A stretch of 64,000 nt of DNA, from the NCBI GenBank assembly GCA_048884965.1, contig JBHLQH010000015.1, positions 1 through 64,000 on the forward strand, in the 5' to 3' direction. The stretch's first letter is position 1, and each line of letters begins with the position of its first letter. The stretch is from Candidatus Thorarchaeota archaeon. GTDB lineage: Archaea; Asgardarchaeota; Thorarchaeia; Thorarchaeales; Thorarchaeaceae. Position numbers and translations under genes: made by a program. Below, in pieces: positions 48,369 to 58,019 of this stretch. The notes beneath the pieces are model-generated. The model was not told the origin of the DNA, ran no database searches, and was given only the letters and a program-made list of their open reading frames with translations.

Positions 48369-48956
48369 ATGAGAAACCTATTAGGAGGTATCATCGGCAG
48401 CATAGTAGGTGCGAGCTATATCTCGTATACCCTCATGCTACCACAACTACTATGGCCAGAATCAGTTTCGTCGATTACTTTCATTCTAGAAGGATCCTTT
48501 TGCCTTATGCTGTATGTTGTGCAAACCCCTTACGATTATATCATCAGTTGGCTGGCGGCTTGGATGCTAGTTGGCGTAATTATTTCTGTGTTCTCAAAAT
48601 CAAAATATAACTCAGTAAGAACAGCAATGTGGACTGGTGTCAGTTTCTTCATTCTGCTTCTTGCAGGAGTATTCATCCAAGACCCGACGTTTTGGCAGAG
48701 TACTGAAAGGAATTTCTTTCTCTTGGTGTGGTTCATAAGAAGCACTCTTACCTCAATGCTTTCACTTGTTTCAGCGATTCCACTGCTGGTGCTGAAAGAA
48801 AAGATGGTAAGTGAAAAGGAGAAAGTACCTCCTGAGAAGATTGAAACAATTTGTACTTGTGGTGCCACATACAAGTCTAACCCTTTAATCTGTGCTGAGT
48901 GTGGAAAATCCTTGCGACCAGTGTCAGCGCTCCCTAGTGACTCCGCCACCAAGTAA
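48369..48956 (+). CDS. Membrane protein with C-terminal Zn ribbon
   Basis: 4-5 TM helices; CTCG...CAECG. Confidence 0.75.
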   Translation: MRNLLGGIIGSIVGASYISYTLMLPQLLWPESVSSITFILEGSFCLMLYVVQTPYDYIISWLAAWMLVGVIISVFSKSKYNSVRTAMWTGVSFFILLLAGVFIQDPTFWQSTERNFFLLVWFIRSTLTSMLSLVSAIPLLVLKEKMVSEKEKVPPEKIETICTCGATYKSNPLICAECGKSLRPVSALPSDSATK

Positions 48957-49439
48957 GCCACCAATCACTGCAGCAATTGCAGGGAAAATGGAGCTGCTAA
49001 GAACGACTTCAAGGATAATCATGGATACATCGCTTATCAGAGCTAGAGGGTCTGAGGTAGCAATGAAGAATACGAGCAACCAAGTTAGGAATGCGGCGAG
49101 GAACACAGAGAATATCGCAGAGAGAATTCCCTGCACGATATCTCGAGTGAGAAGACCAGCCACCAATCCACCGGTCCCCCAGGCAAGGTATGTTAGGACA
49201 GTACCACCCTGTGCTCCATAGCCAACATAAGTTCCCAAATTAACGGATGTCAGACTTGTCGGGAAGAGGATAGTTGAAACAATAGTAAGTTTGAGCTCAA
49301 GGTCTGTACGAGACAGAAAATCGTTCACGATTACAGGATCTATGATCTGAGCAGGAACGAATTGTCCAAGTGTTAGCATTATGAATGTCATAACGAATGC
49401 AGCTATCAATCCAGCCAAGATACCAACAATCTGACCCAT
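48924..49439 (-). CDS. Membrane protein (about 4 TM)
   Basis: Hydrophobic Gly-rich helices; GAGG upstream. Confidence 0.75.
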   Translation of the reverse strand: MGQIVGILAGLIAAFVMTFIMLTLGQFVPAQIIDPVIVNDFLSRTDLELKLTIVSTILFPTSLTSVNLGTYVGYGAQGGTVLTYLAWGTGGLVAGLLTRDIVQGILSAIFSVFLAAFLTWLLVFFIATSDPLALISDVSMIILEVVLSSSIFPAIAAVIGGLLGGGVTRER

Positions 49440-49499
49440 TCAAATCATCCTCAAATTGATTTTAGAACTGACACCTTTTATGATTATGCCATATGGAAA

Positions 49500-50015
49500 C
49501 TAATCTCTGAGCTTCAATGTCCATGTGCAAGCGCTATCACCAAGAGCTTTGCATGACTCTTGATACGAGTCTGCATTGAAACCTCTAAGTTCCATCACTG
49601 CATCGAAAACACCGCTAATCAAGTTACAGTACTGAAGTCCGGGCATATCATTAATGACAACTCCTGCACAGATAACACAGTTCTCATCTGTAAACTTGAT
49701 CACTCGATGATCGTCGCTCATCTCGATACGAGTGAATTCTTGCCCAGAGTTGACTTTGTATGCTAATTGCAAAGTATTGGAAAACTCAGCAAATGAAACA
49801 GCATGCTGTCTGATTCTGTCAGCATAATCCATGAGAAGAGTCTCACCAACTTTGAAACCTATGTCCTTCACTTTTTGGTTGATATCATCAACACTTGTGC
49901 TACCTGACATAAGCAGATTCATCATCTCTCGATATGTTGCTTGATAGAGAGTTTTCGATACCTTATCGATCTTTAGTGTCCATGCAAGTTTACCTTTTAC
50001 GCCCATTACATTCAC
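49500..50015 (-). CDS. V4R/TRAPP Bet3-like protein
   Basis: IG.KVGE.L, CVIC, YCNLISGVFDA, ESC...GD..C.W. Confidence 0.75.
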   Translation of the reverse strand: MNVMGVKGKLAWTLKIDKVSKTLYQATYREMMNLLMSGSTSVDDINQKVKDIGFKVGETLLMDYADRIRQHAVSFAEFSNTLQLAYKVNSGQEFTRIEMSDDHRVIKFTDENCVICAGVVINDMPGLQYCNLISGVFDAVMELRGFNADSYQESCKALGDSACTWTLKLRD

Positions 50016-50939
50016 CTACTTCGACTTTCGTATGAATTGCACTGATTTGCCCCGATAGGGTACAAGACATTGCAGCGCCTGAAAGTAGAGTATTCCCAAC
50101 TGGTCTGCGATTTCATGGAGAGTTCTATTTCCATCACATAGTTCAATGACTGCACGATGCTCTTTCTTGACCTTCTTCAAGTCCCCGTCAAATATTGGAA
50201 GTTCTACAATCTCCTTCTCTCCCAGAGATTGTTCCTCTGGGCATTCGACCTTGACGATGTGTCGAGAAACGCACCACTTTACAATGGTAATTGCGCTTTC
50301 AACGGTTCGATCAAGACTTTGAGCTATTTTGAAAACAGTTCGTTTCTCATCCACCATCATGAGAAGATCCATGGCACGATTCGCAAAGTTATCCTTAATC
50401 TCTTGATATAACGTAGAGTCAATACGCATTGCCTCTGGATATCTAGTGCCTTTATGTACGATGCAACCATGTCTTACCTCAATGGTTTCGAGAGGAATTA
50501 GTTCTTCAGGGACGGTAGATTTGGTTGCTGAAACCTCCACAGAATCTGGGATTGGGGGGGCTACAGTTGCTGTTTCCTCAGGAGGTGGGGAGGGTATTGG
50601 CTCTATCACTTTGGGGGGAGGAGGTAAATCTACATCTTCCATAAGTTCCAAAACATTCTGGGTCTTCTGAAGGGCACTTCCCAATGACTCATCACTAAGG
50701 AAGAGGACTCCCAAAACCCAATTCTTGTCGACTCGAGCAAGAATTACAATGCCCTCTCCTGTCATCACGTTCATGAGTTTCATTGAACTTGAATGAATCC
50801 TCATGGTTCCCCGAATAACTGGAATTATCTCATCTGGCAATGAAAAGGAAAGGAAAGGTGCTCCATCGTTCGTAAATAGAGCATATCCTCTGACAGACTC
50901 ATCGTATCTGAGTTTTGTGAGGACTCGCTCCAGTTCCAT
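50016..50939 (-). CDS. Roadblock/profilin-like N-terminus, Pro-rich linker and two wHTH-like domains
   Basis: LER.L.KLR.D..V.GY.L.T..G.PF shared with 47198-48175. Confidence 0.65.
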   Translation of the reverse strand: MELERVLTKLRYDESVRGYALFTNDGAPFLSFSLPDEIIPVIRGTMRIHSSSMKLMNVMTGEGIVILARVDKNWVLGVLFLSDESLGSALQKTQNVLELMEDVDLPPPPKVIEPIPSPPPEETATVAPPIPDSVEVSATKSTVPEELIPLETIEVRHGCIVHKGTRYPEAMRIDSTLYQEIKDNFANRAMDLLMMVDEKRTVFKIAQSLDRTVESAITIVKWCVSRHIVKVECPEEQSLGEKEIVELPIFDGDLKKVKKEHRAVIELCDGNRTLHEIADQLGILYFQALQCLVPYRGKSVQFIRKSK

Positions 50940-50984
50940 TTTCTGCAGACATCCCTATTGTTGCGAATACAACGCACAGTAATC

Positions 50985-52088
50985 TCATCTAAGCTTAAGT
51001 AATTTTGTGCCATTTGCGGATAGAGAGGGGTATGTTTCAAGAAAAGAGATAACTTGATGCAAGGTAGGATGCTCTGCGGTACCAAATGAAACATAGAGAG
51101 CGGCAACTGCATTTGCCAGGACCAAGCGCTCATCGTGGGGCAGATTTGATAGAAGACCATAGATTGAACCTGCATTCCATGCATCTCCAGCACCACAAAG
51201 AATCTTTGATTCCATCTCAAAAGAGGGTTGCATCGCGATCTGATCAGCTTTGATGCTTGCGGAATAATAGGGTGTATGCAAATCCGATCTGACACCCGTC
51301 TCATTTGAAATCAACTCAGCAGCCAAGATCCACTTGTCAGGGTGCTTTACATTCCCCCGCCATGCCTCATTATTCCCACTTAATGCCCATGCAAACCATC
51401 CTGCTTCATTTTCATTCATCCCAAGAACGTCAACTAGTCCATCAGCAATGACATGCTTTATGATAGGGCTTAGCTTCTCAGGCTTTCCGGAGGGGTCACC
51501 GATGTCCAAGAAGGTAATGGCATTGCTACTCTCTCGGACATATTTAAACAGGTTTTGTGCTAATTCAAGTGCCTTTGAGTTGTGATTAAGATTGAGCAGG
51601 CATACCAACCCACTGTCAGAAATTGCATTCAAATCATCTTCTGTCAAATCATCGAAGCTGAAGCTTGATGCGGAGCCGCTATCACTAACCATTAGATTGA
51701 CTCTACGATGGTCATACTCGAGTTCTATAGAAACCGTCGCGGATAATCGTCCATCAGTGTGGACATGATCTAGATTCAGATCAGGATGAACTAAGGATTC
51801 CAACAGCTTCTTCCCCTGCTCATCGGTCGTTACGATTAGTGTAGGATCTGCGCCTAATGCATGCAGTGCTGCAGCAGTATTAGCAGAATTTCCGCCCCTT
51901 CGTACAAGATGCTTTGAGCCAAGGAGATTTCCGCCACCTTGCCTTGCAATTGACTCAATACCCTCGATGAATTTCTCAAAGGTGTCGGTGATTACAAAAT
52001 GATCCAGAAAGAAGTCTGGCAGGATTACGGGCTGATTGAATGGAACAGGATTTGATAGTCTATCAATGAGGGCTTTGTAAGTCTTCAT
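50985..52088 (-). CDS. PfkB-family carbohydrate kinase
   Basis: GGNSANTA, NENE, GAGDAWNAG. Confidence 0.88.
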   Translation of the reverse strand: MKTYKALIDRLSNPVPFNQPVILPDFFLDHFVITDTFEKFIEGIESIARQGGGNLLGSKHLVRRGGNSANTAAALHALGADPTLIVTTDEQGKKLLESLVHPDLNLDHVHTDGRLSATVSIELEYDHRRVNLMVSDSGSASSFSFDDLTEDDLNAISDSGLVCLLNLNHNSKALELAQNLFKYVRESSNAITFLDIGDPSGKPEKLSPIIKHVIADGLVDVLGMNENEAGWFAWALSGNNEAWRGNVKHPDKWILAAELISNETGVRSDLHTPYYSASIKADQIAMQPSFEMESKILCGAGDAWNAGSIYGLLSNLPHDERLVLANAVAALYVSFGTAEHPTLHQVISFLETYPSLSANGTKLLKLR

Positions 52089-52116
52089 AGTGCCCTCATT
52101 GGAACCGTTTGCACTC

Positions 52117-52563
52117 TTAGACTTTGTTAAGGGCTGCCTTAACCATTGCCATCAATCGGTCCTCATCGATTCCAGATTTCTTGGCAACTTTGTCAATCTC
52201 ACAATATGCAAGATCCTCAAGACTGGATATTCCTGCGGCAGCTAAAGCTTCAGCGTCAGCCTTCTTGATAATCTTCAACGAGGAGAGTTCAGTGATTGCA
52301 TCAGAAATGCTCGGTTTGGTTTCTTCCTCAGCAATAAGTGCCTCAACAAGCTCTTCCATTTCCTTGATGTAGGTCTTCAGAATCTCAACATTTTCAGGAT
52401 GTAGTGTCTTTCTTCGAACGTCCACCAATAGTCCCATATCACGGGCTTCCTTTATTGTGAGCCCAGATTCCTTTAGCTCTCCGCTAGTAAAACCTCGTCC
52501 TCTACGGGGCTTGGCATCATTGGGGGATTTCACAAAGGGTTCTGCAGTAACGTCGAAGCTCAT
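52117..52563 (-). CDS. rpl13e: Ribosomal protein eL13 with C-terminal HhH-like extension
   Basis: R.GRGF...ELK..GL...AR..G..VD.RRKT...NV. Confidence 0.9.
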   Translation of the reverse strand: MSFDVTAEPFVKSPNDAKPRRGRGFTSGELKESGLTIKEARDMGLLVDVRRKTLHPENVEILKTYIKEMEELVEALIAEEETKPSISDAITELSSLKIIKKADAEALAAAGISSLEDLAYCEIDKVAKKSGIDEDRLMAMVKAALNKV

Positions 52564-52700
52564 ACGATAACCACCTGACTCGGCTCAACCTTCAGGGTTG
52601 CCTTATTAGCCTTTCGAGATGGACATGTTCTGATGGCTCATTGTAACTAGGGGTAAAATGCATAATCTATGTCATTCTAGCTAGTAGGGTATGTCTGAAC

Positions 52701-52735
52701 AAAAAAAGGGAGGATGGTAGGAGAAGTCCTACCAT
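52701..52735 (-). terminator. Hairpin plus poly-U terminator
   Basis: 9-bp stem atggtagga/tcctaccat with 4-nt loop, then T7 on the minus strand, just past stop 52747. Confidence 0.7.
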
Positions 52736-52746
52736 TTGATCAAGAA

Positions 52747-53862
52747 TCAATCCTGCCAATCCATAGACTCGAAGTCTCTATACTTTTGCCACTGAATCGC
52801 ACCTGCAATTCCCGCAACACCTAACAGTGAAGCTATGAAAACAGCTATATTCTGGTAGACATCGAAAGCATCTGCAAAGAACCAGAACCATAGTGCAAGG
52901 GTTATCACCCAAGCAAAGGTGAGACCTATAGAGAACCAACTCTCGGGCCCCTCGTCTCTTGTTCTAGCCCATGAGTACCATATTGCGATGACTAGACCGC
53001 TGAATATGGCTAGCGATATGAGAACTGCTGAAGCATTCTGGTAACCGGAGTATGAGTCTGCGATAAACCACATCCAAAGGACCAGTGAAAGTATCCAAAC
53101 ATACAACAAGCCAACAGTAGCTTTAGGCCTCTTTCCTGTCGTGACTTCTCCATCTATGGCAATCTGCATATCGCCCCACCAGGGAGATATCACGACAATT
53201 AGCATCAACAGAATAGATGCAACAACAATCGCAATTGACTGGTAGTAGGTAATACTGTAAATAGTCTCAGAGAAATTGTTCGCAAATGGAAGCCAGAGTA
53301 CAATGAAAATCAACCAGATTATTGCAGCAGAACCGCTTATCCTAGCATCTCCTTCATCTCCGTGTTTCGGTACCCAGAGTAGCATGTTCAATAGACCAAC
53401 AAATAGTAGGGATGCTATGGCAATTCCAACGTTCTCATAGAATCCAAAACCTGTGGCAAAGAAGATAATCCACACTATCAGGAAGATGATCCATCCAAAT
53501 CCGCTAATAGCGCTTGCCTGAGGTCGCCTTCCCTCTATGGAAGGTATCCAGATCAAGGTGATTATTGCACCTATTACTAATAGGGCAATGAACACAACAG
53601 CTATATTCTCAAGGATATTGTAATTGACTGCAAAGAAGAACAACCAGATTATCGTGAATATTACCCAAGCAATAAATCCGGTCGTTGTAGCGTATTCCTT
53701 GCCCTTAGATTGTCGTCTGCGTGTCCTACGTCGCCGTCTGATCACTTTTTCTTCATCATTATCGTTATTCGCTAAACCAGATGCGTCTTCAGTAGCATCT
53801 TCATCAATTGGTTTCATCTTGCTAAACCTCTTTTCAACTAAGCAGCCAATGGCCAATTCCAC
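52747..53862 (-). CDS. Polytopic membrane protein with five helical-hairpin repeats
   Basis: Five copies of W..F...W..FFA....Y(E/Q)NIA....SLL; start may be 53817. Confidence 0.8.
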   Translation of the reverse strand: MELAIGCLVEKRFSKMKPIDEDATEDASGLANNDNDEEKVIRRRRRTRRRQSKGKEYATTTGFIAWVIFTIIWLFFFAVNYNILENIAVVFIALLVIGAIITLIWIPSIEGRRPQASAISGFGWIIFLIVWIIFFATGFGFYENVGIAIASLLFVGLLNMLLWVPKHGDEGDARISGSAAIIWLIFIVLWLPFANNFSETIYSITYYQSIAIVVASILLMLIVVISPWWGDMQIAIDGEVTTGKRPKATVGLLYVWILSLVLWMWFIADSYSGYQNASAVLISLAIFSGLVIAIWYSWARTRDEGPESWFSIGLTFAWVITLALWFWFFADAFDVYQNIAVFIASLLGVAGIAGAIQWQKYRDFESMDWQD

Positions 53863-54101
53863 TGACTACTCGCCGTAACAACTGCATCATACCTCTACAT
53901 TTCGCTATATAAAACAGGGGCACAACTTGAGGACACAACAAGTGACTATTGTGGAACTCCAAGCGGGGTACATCATGCCATTTTGCGATCAACCGATCTA
54001 CAACAAGAGAGAACAGAATGCACAGAAATTCTGAGTACAGTGTCACCGTAGGCATGCTTGGAAACAATAATAGCAAGCAGCAATTCCCTTTGGGTTGCGA
54101 T

Positions 54102-54926
54102 TCAGAAATTATCCAAGGTCGTTTGCTGACGTGACAGCATCTTCTTCATTCGCTGAAGCTTCTGGTCTTGTTGTGGAGTACTCATCTCCAAGAGCTGGAG
54201 CATCTGTAATGCATTGAATGGAGCATATCCAAAGAAATGATTGTTGAAATATCCTACAACTGCATCAGTTTGCTCCAGAATGTGACCAATATGAGGTTTC
54301 CATGATTCCAGCTCCTCCAGTGAGTATCGATATTTGTACCAAATATCCTCTCCATGACCATGCCAGCGAATATAGGAAAAATCTGTAGTAACACGTGTGT
54401 CTATTGGCAACCTAGGCTCATCGACAATGCAGTGTGCTATATTATACGTTTCAAGAAGGCTCCAAGTGTTCGAGGTCAACCAGCTTTCATGGCGGAATTC
54501 GATAGCATATCGATATGTGGGCTCTAGTGTAGATAGGAACGTTTCCAAATCCCCCATTGAACTGATCTCCCACGGCGGTAGTTGGATGAGCAGTGCCTCA
54601 ATACGAGATTGCAATGGTTTCATGCGTTCGAAGAATTCGTTTAGGATTGATTCGCCCTCACCAATCAATTGCAGCCTATTCTCGTGAGTCACTGATTTCG
54701 GTATTTTGGCAGTGAAGAACTTGTCCGGGGCAATATGAGTACTCAGTGATTCTACCACTTTCTGGCTTGGAATTGCGTAGAATGACGAGTTAATCTCAGC
54801 TGTGTCGAAATAGGAAAAGTATTGCTGCATCATTGAGGTAGCAGAATGATAGAATACTCCCTTCCAGTCTTCTTTGTAAGACCAACCACTCGTACCTATA
54901 TGCAGTCCTTTCCTCATCGTACTCAA
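54102..54926 (-). CDS. DUF72 family protein
   Basis: IGTSGWSY, EINSSFY, QLPP, EFRH.SW, YIR.HG, YFNNH. Confidence 0.93.
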   Translation of the reverse strand: MSTMRKGLHIGTSGWSYKEDWKGVFYHSATSMMQQYFSYFDTAEINSSFYAIPSQKVVESLSTHIAPDKFFTAKIPKSVTHENRLQLIGEGESILNEFFERMKPLQSRIEALLIQLPPWEISSMGDLETFLSTLEPTYRYAIEFRHESWLTSNTWSLLETYNIAHCIVDEPRLPIDTRVTTDFSYIRWHGHGEDIWYKYRYSLEELESWKPHIGHILEQTDAVVGYFNNHFFGYAPFNALQMLQLLEMSTPQQDQKLQRMKKMLSRQQTTLDNF

Positions 54927-55019
54927 TCATCCTAATGCATCATCATGGTTTGTGTCTTGCGCATGAGCTATCCTTCGTTGAACATGAAGTTCAAAAGGGT
55001 TTAGACTTCGTGTCATATC

Positions 55020-55340
55020 GTGCAGACAATGAAGGCAGAAGAAGTTAAGGTAGAATTCGAAAACCTAGAGATCCATATGGGCGAATTCAATGAGAAGAAA
55101 TTCAAGATGAAGTGCAGCATAGAGTACGAAGACCTCATGCTTATTATGGACGGAGGAAAAAGGACAGCCAGACTTCATGCACGCAATATCGGAAATGTCC
55201 ATCTTGAGAAGAAAGGAATCAGGATAGCCGCGATGAATTTTGAAATCAAGGACGGCGAAGATGTTAGTGTCGCAACCGGTTCGATTCGGCTAGAACTTGA
55301 TGATGACGCAGAGGCATGGTACAAGGAGCTCTGGGGATAG
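55020..55340 (+). CDS. Hypothetical beta-rich protein (possibly PH-like)
   Basis: 106-aa ORF, beta-strand pattern ending in an A..W helix. Confidence 0.7.
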   Translation: MQTMKAEEVKVEFENLEIHMGEFNEKKFKMKCSIEYEDLMLIMDGGKRTARLHARNIGNVHLEKKGIRIAAMNFEIKDGEDVSVATGSIRLELDDDAEAWYKELWG

Positions 55341-55413
55341 ATTAGCTCACAGAGCAGGTTTTTAATAGCTGTTCGTAGGGGTGTTTTTGCCTGCGGCGCA
55401 GGGGCTTGATGAC

Positions 55414-56715
55414 ATGTCGGAAAAAATTAGATACGTGGAATTCAGGATAATAGACATTCTGGGCAGACTAAAAGCGATGATTGTACCTTGCAATCCAGTG
55501 GATACTATTGAAGAGCTTCGAAAGGATCCCATACTAGTTGATGGAACAAGTATTGATGGAAGCTCTATCATAGGATTATCAAGGGTGGAGGCCTCAGATC
55601 TCAGACTAGATCCCGATATGTCTTCATTGATTGAATTGCCTTATACATTCAATAGAACAGCAGCAATCATGTGCTTTGTGAGAGAGAAGGGGGTTGAAGA
55701 TGGCGACTTCCTTCCGACTGATACCAGAGGGGTTCTTCACAAGGTATGTAGGAACCTTCTTTCAGAGGACATGTCATTAAAGACCAAAGTCGAACCTGAA
55801 TTTCATTTTGTTACTCCTGATGGACACAAGTTCGATAAAGCACAATATGCAGATACATTCCCGGGCAATCCAGGAGCTGAGGTGCTCCTAGAAATCGCCA
55901 ATCTCATTCAAGATATTGGTGTTGAAGTGAGAGTCGTACATCATGAGGTGGGTGAGTCTCAGCAGGAGATCGAACTCGCATTTGCGGACATCAGAAAGAT
56001 GGCTGACGATCTAGTGGCATTCAAGAACATAGCTAGAGCTGCGGCTCAGGACGCTGGCATTGAGATTAACTTCATGCCCAAACCTTTTGCAGGGGCGGCT
56101 GGAAGTGGATTACATTGTCATCTTCAGCTATGGAAAGGCAATAAGAATCTGTTCGGTGTTGAAGGAACAGCTGAACTTTCTGAAACAGCCAAGAGCTTTG
56201 TGGCAGGCCTCTTAGAACATGCACCTGCCATTACTGCAATCGCAAATCCAACTGTAAACTCATACAAACGATTAGTACCACATCATGAAGCCCCAGTCTA
56301 TATTTCATGGGGATTGATGAATCGGACTGTATTGGTCAGGGTTCCTCTCTTCACTTCAAGCAAGAAAGCTGCTATCGAATTCAGGTCTCCAGATCCACTG
56401 GCAAATCCATACCTTCTATTCGCTGCACTCTTAGCCGCTGGAATGGACGGAGTGAATCGAAAACTCACACCTCCCGAACCTCGAAGCGAAGATATCTTCA
56501 CATTCTCTGCCAAAGAGATGGACGCCCATGGAATAACAGCTTTACCAGAGAATCTTGGAGAATCCCTAAGAGCCTTGAAGCAAGATGAAGTGATTAGAGC
56601 CGCACTTGGTGAGGAGATTGTGCAGAGATTCATTGATCTCAAGATGCGAGAATGGGAGGATTATACTGGAGAGGTCGTGACAAACTGGGAATGGGAAACT
56701 TATTCGGACCTATAG
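55414..56715 (+). CDS. glnA: Glutamine synthetase type I family
   Basis: DGSSI.G, E.EF, HHEV...Q.E, FMPKP...GSG.H.H, NSYKRLVP..EAP, E.RSPD..ANPY. Confidence 0.92.
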   Translation: MSEKIRYVEFRIIDILGRLKAMIVPCNPVDTIEELRKDPILVDGTSIDGSSIIGLSRVEASDLRLDPDMSSLIELPYTFNRTAAIMCFVREKGVEDGDFLPTDTRGVLHKVCRNLLSEDMSLKTKVEPEFHFVTPDGHKFDKAQYADTFPGNPGAEVLLEIANLIQDIGVEVRVVHHEVGESQQEIELAFADIRKMADDLVAFKNIARAAAQDAGIEINFMPKPFAGAAGSGLHCHLQLWKGNKNLFGVEGTAELSETAKSFVAGLLEHAPAITAIANPTVNSYKRLVPHHEAPVYISWGLMNRTVLVRVPLFTSSKKAAIEFRSPDPLANPYLLFAALLAAGMDGVNRKLTPPEPRSEDIFTFSAKEMDAHGITALPENLGESLRALKQDEVIRAALGEEIVQRFIDLKMREWEDYTGEVVTNWEWETYSDL

Positions 56716-57875
56716 GTTTCAAAGAACCCAGCGAGTCTATTGAAAGCTTCATCGACTGCATCTGCTGTCAGAGGACCAATAGAGATTCGGATATGTCCCT
56801 CACCAGACTCACCGAATACACTTCCTGGCAATACCAATGTTTCAGTGGATTGCAGGATATCTAATACTAGCTCACGGGAATCCATGCATCCAGTCACTTT
56901 TGGAAAGAGATAGAATGTGCCCTTGGTTTCAGTAACATCCAATGCATCTATTTCCCTTGCACGAAGGTATGCGAATTCTCTCAATAGAGAAAGACGACGT
57001 AGCTCTTCCTCTACCCAGTTCATATCAGACTTTAGGGCTTCTAATGCAATCATCTGGCTTGCAGTCGGAGCGCAGATAGAAATTGTGTCTTGGACCTTGA
57101 GAAATTCATCCATGAACTCACTGTTACCAAGTACATACCCAACTCGCCAACCACTAATTCCGAAGTCCTTTGAAAAGCTACCAACAGTAATGATGTTCTC
57201 CCTAGCATCCCGCCGTTTTTTAGGACTGTAATGCTCTGCGTCACAAAATACAAGTCTTGAGTAGGCCTCGTCAGAGATTAAGATAATATCGCGCTCCAGA
57301 CAAATATCTACTATCCTGTCGACGGTGCTCGAGCTGTAGACAGCACCTGTAGGATTATTTGGACTGACCAAAAGAATCGCCTTAGTGCGATCAGATATTG
57401 CTGCTTCAATATCGGTAGGATCAGGAATGTATTGGTTTCCAACAGGCACCTCAGTAACAGACCCACCGGCTAGCTTGATAGCCATGACCGAGTTGAAGTA
57501 ATATGGTGAAGGCATGACAACATTATCGCCAGACTCTATCAGAGTAAAGATAGTCCCTGCAAATGCCTGATTCCCACCAGCAGTGATAGTCATCTCATTC
57601 TGGGGGTCGATAGCAATTCCAGAATATTGGCGTAGATAGAGTGCAAGTTCCTCTCGTAGCTCAAGATGACCCTGATCAGAAGTGTAACGATGCGTGAGTG
57701 GGTGAGATATCTTTTCAGCTAGTGCATTCATCACACTCTTGGGAGGCACGTGGCCGGGTAATCCTTGGCCCATATCAATGAAATTTGAAGACCCCATGAA
57801 TCTCTTAGCGGCCTCAGCTAACTTCACAATAGGAGGGGGACGAATATCACTTGTTCTATACTTCATGGCACCCAC
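56700..57875 (-). CDS. Class I/II PLP aminotransferase
   Basis: SPNNPTG, DEAY, SFSK.FG..GWRVG. Confidence 0.93.
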   Translation of the reverse strand: MGAMKYRTSDIRPPPIVKLAEAAKRFMGSSNFIDMGQGLPGHVPPKSVMNALAEKISHPLTHRYTSDQGHLELREELALYLRQYSGIAIDPQNEMTITAGGNQAFAGTIFTLIESGDNVVMPSPYYFNSVMAIKLAGGSVTEVPVGNQYIPDPTDIEAAISDRTKAILLVSPNNPTGAVYSSSTVDRIVDICLERDIILISDEAYSRLVFCDAEHYSPKKRRDARENIITVGSFSKDFGISGWRVGYVLGNSEFMDEFLKVQDTISICAPTASQMIALEALKSDMNWVEEELRRLSLLREFAYLRAREIDALDVTETKGTFYLFPKVTGCMDSRELVLDILQSTETLVLPGSVFGESGEGHIRISIGPLTADAVDEAFNRLAGFFETYRSE

Positions 57876-58019
57876 GCAACTTTGTCAGTACCTCATTCTC
57901 TGTCATAAACATTCTAAAAAGGCATTGGCACGATGATGTGAGTATAAAGAGCATGAATATAGGTGCTTGCTTAAACTTAATAATGACCCTAAATCCTAAC
58001 ATATCAAGAGGCGGAATAA

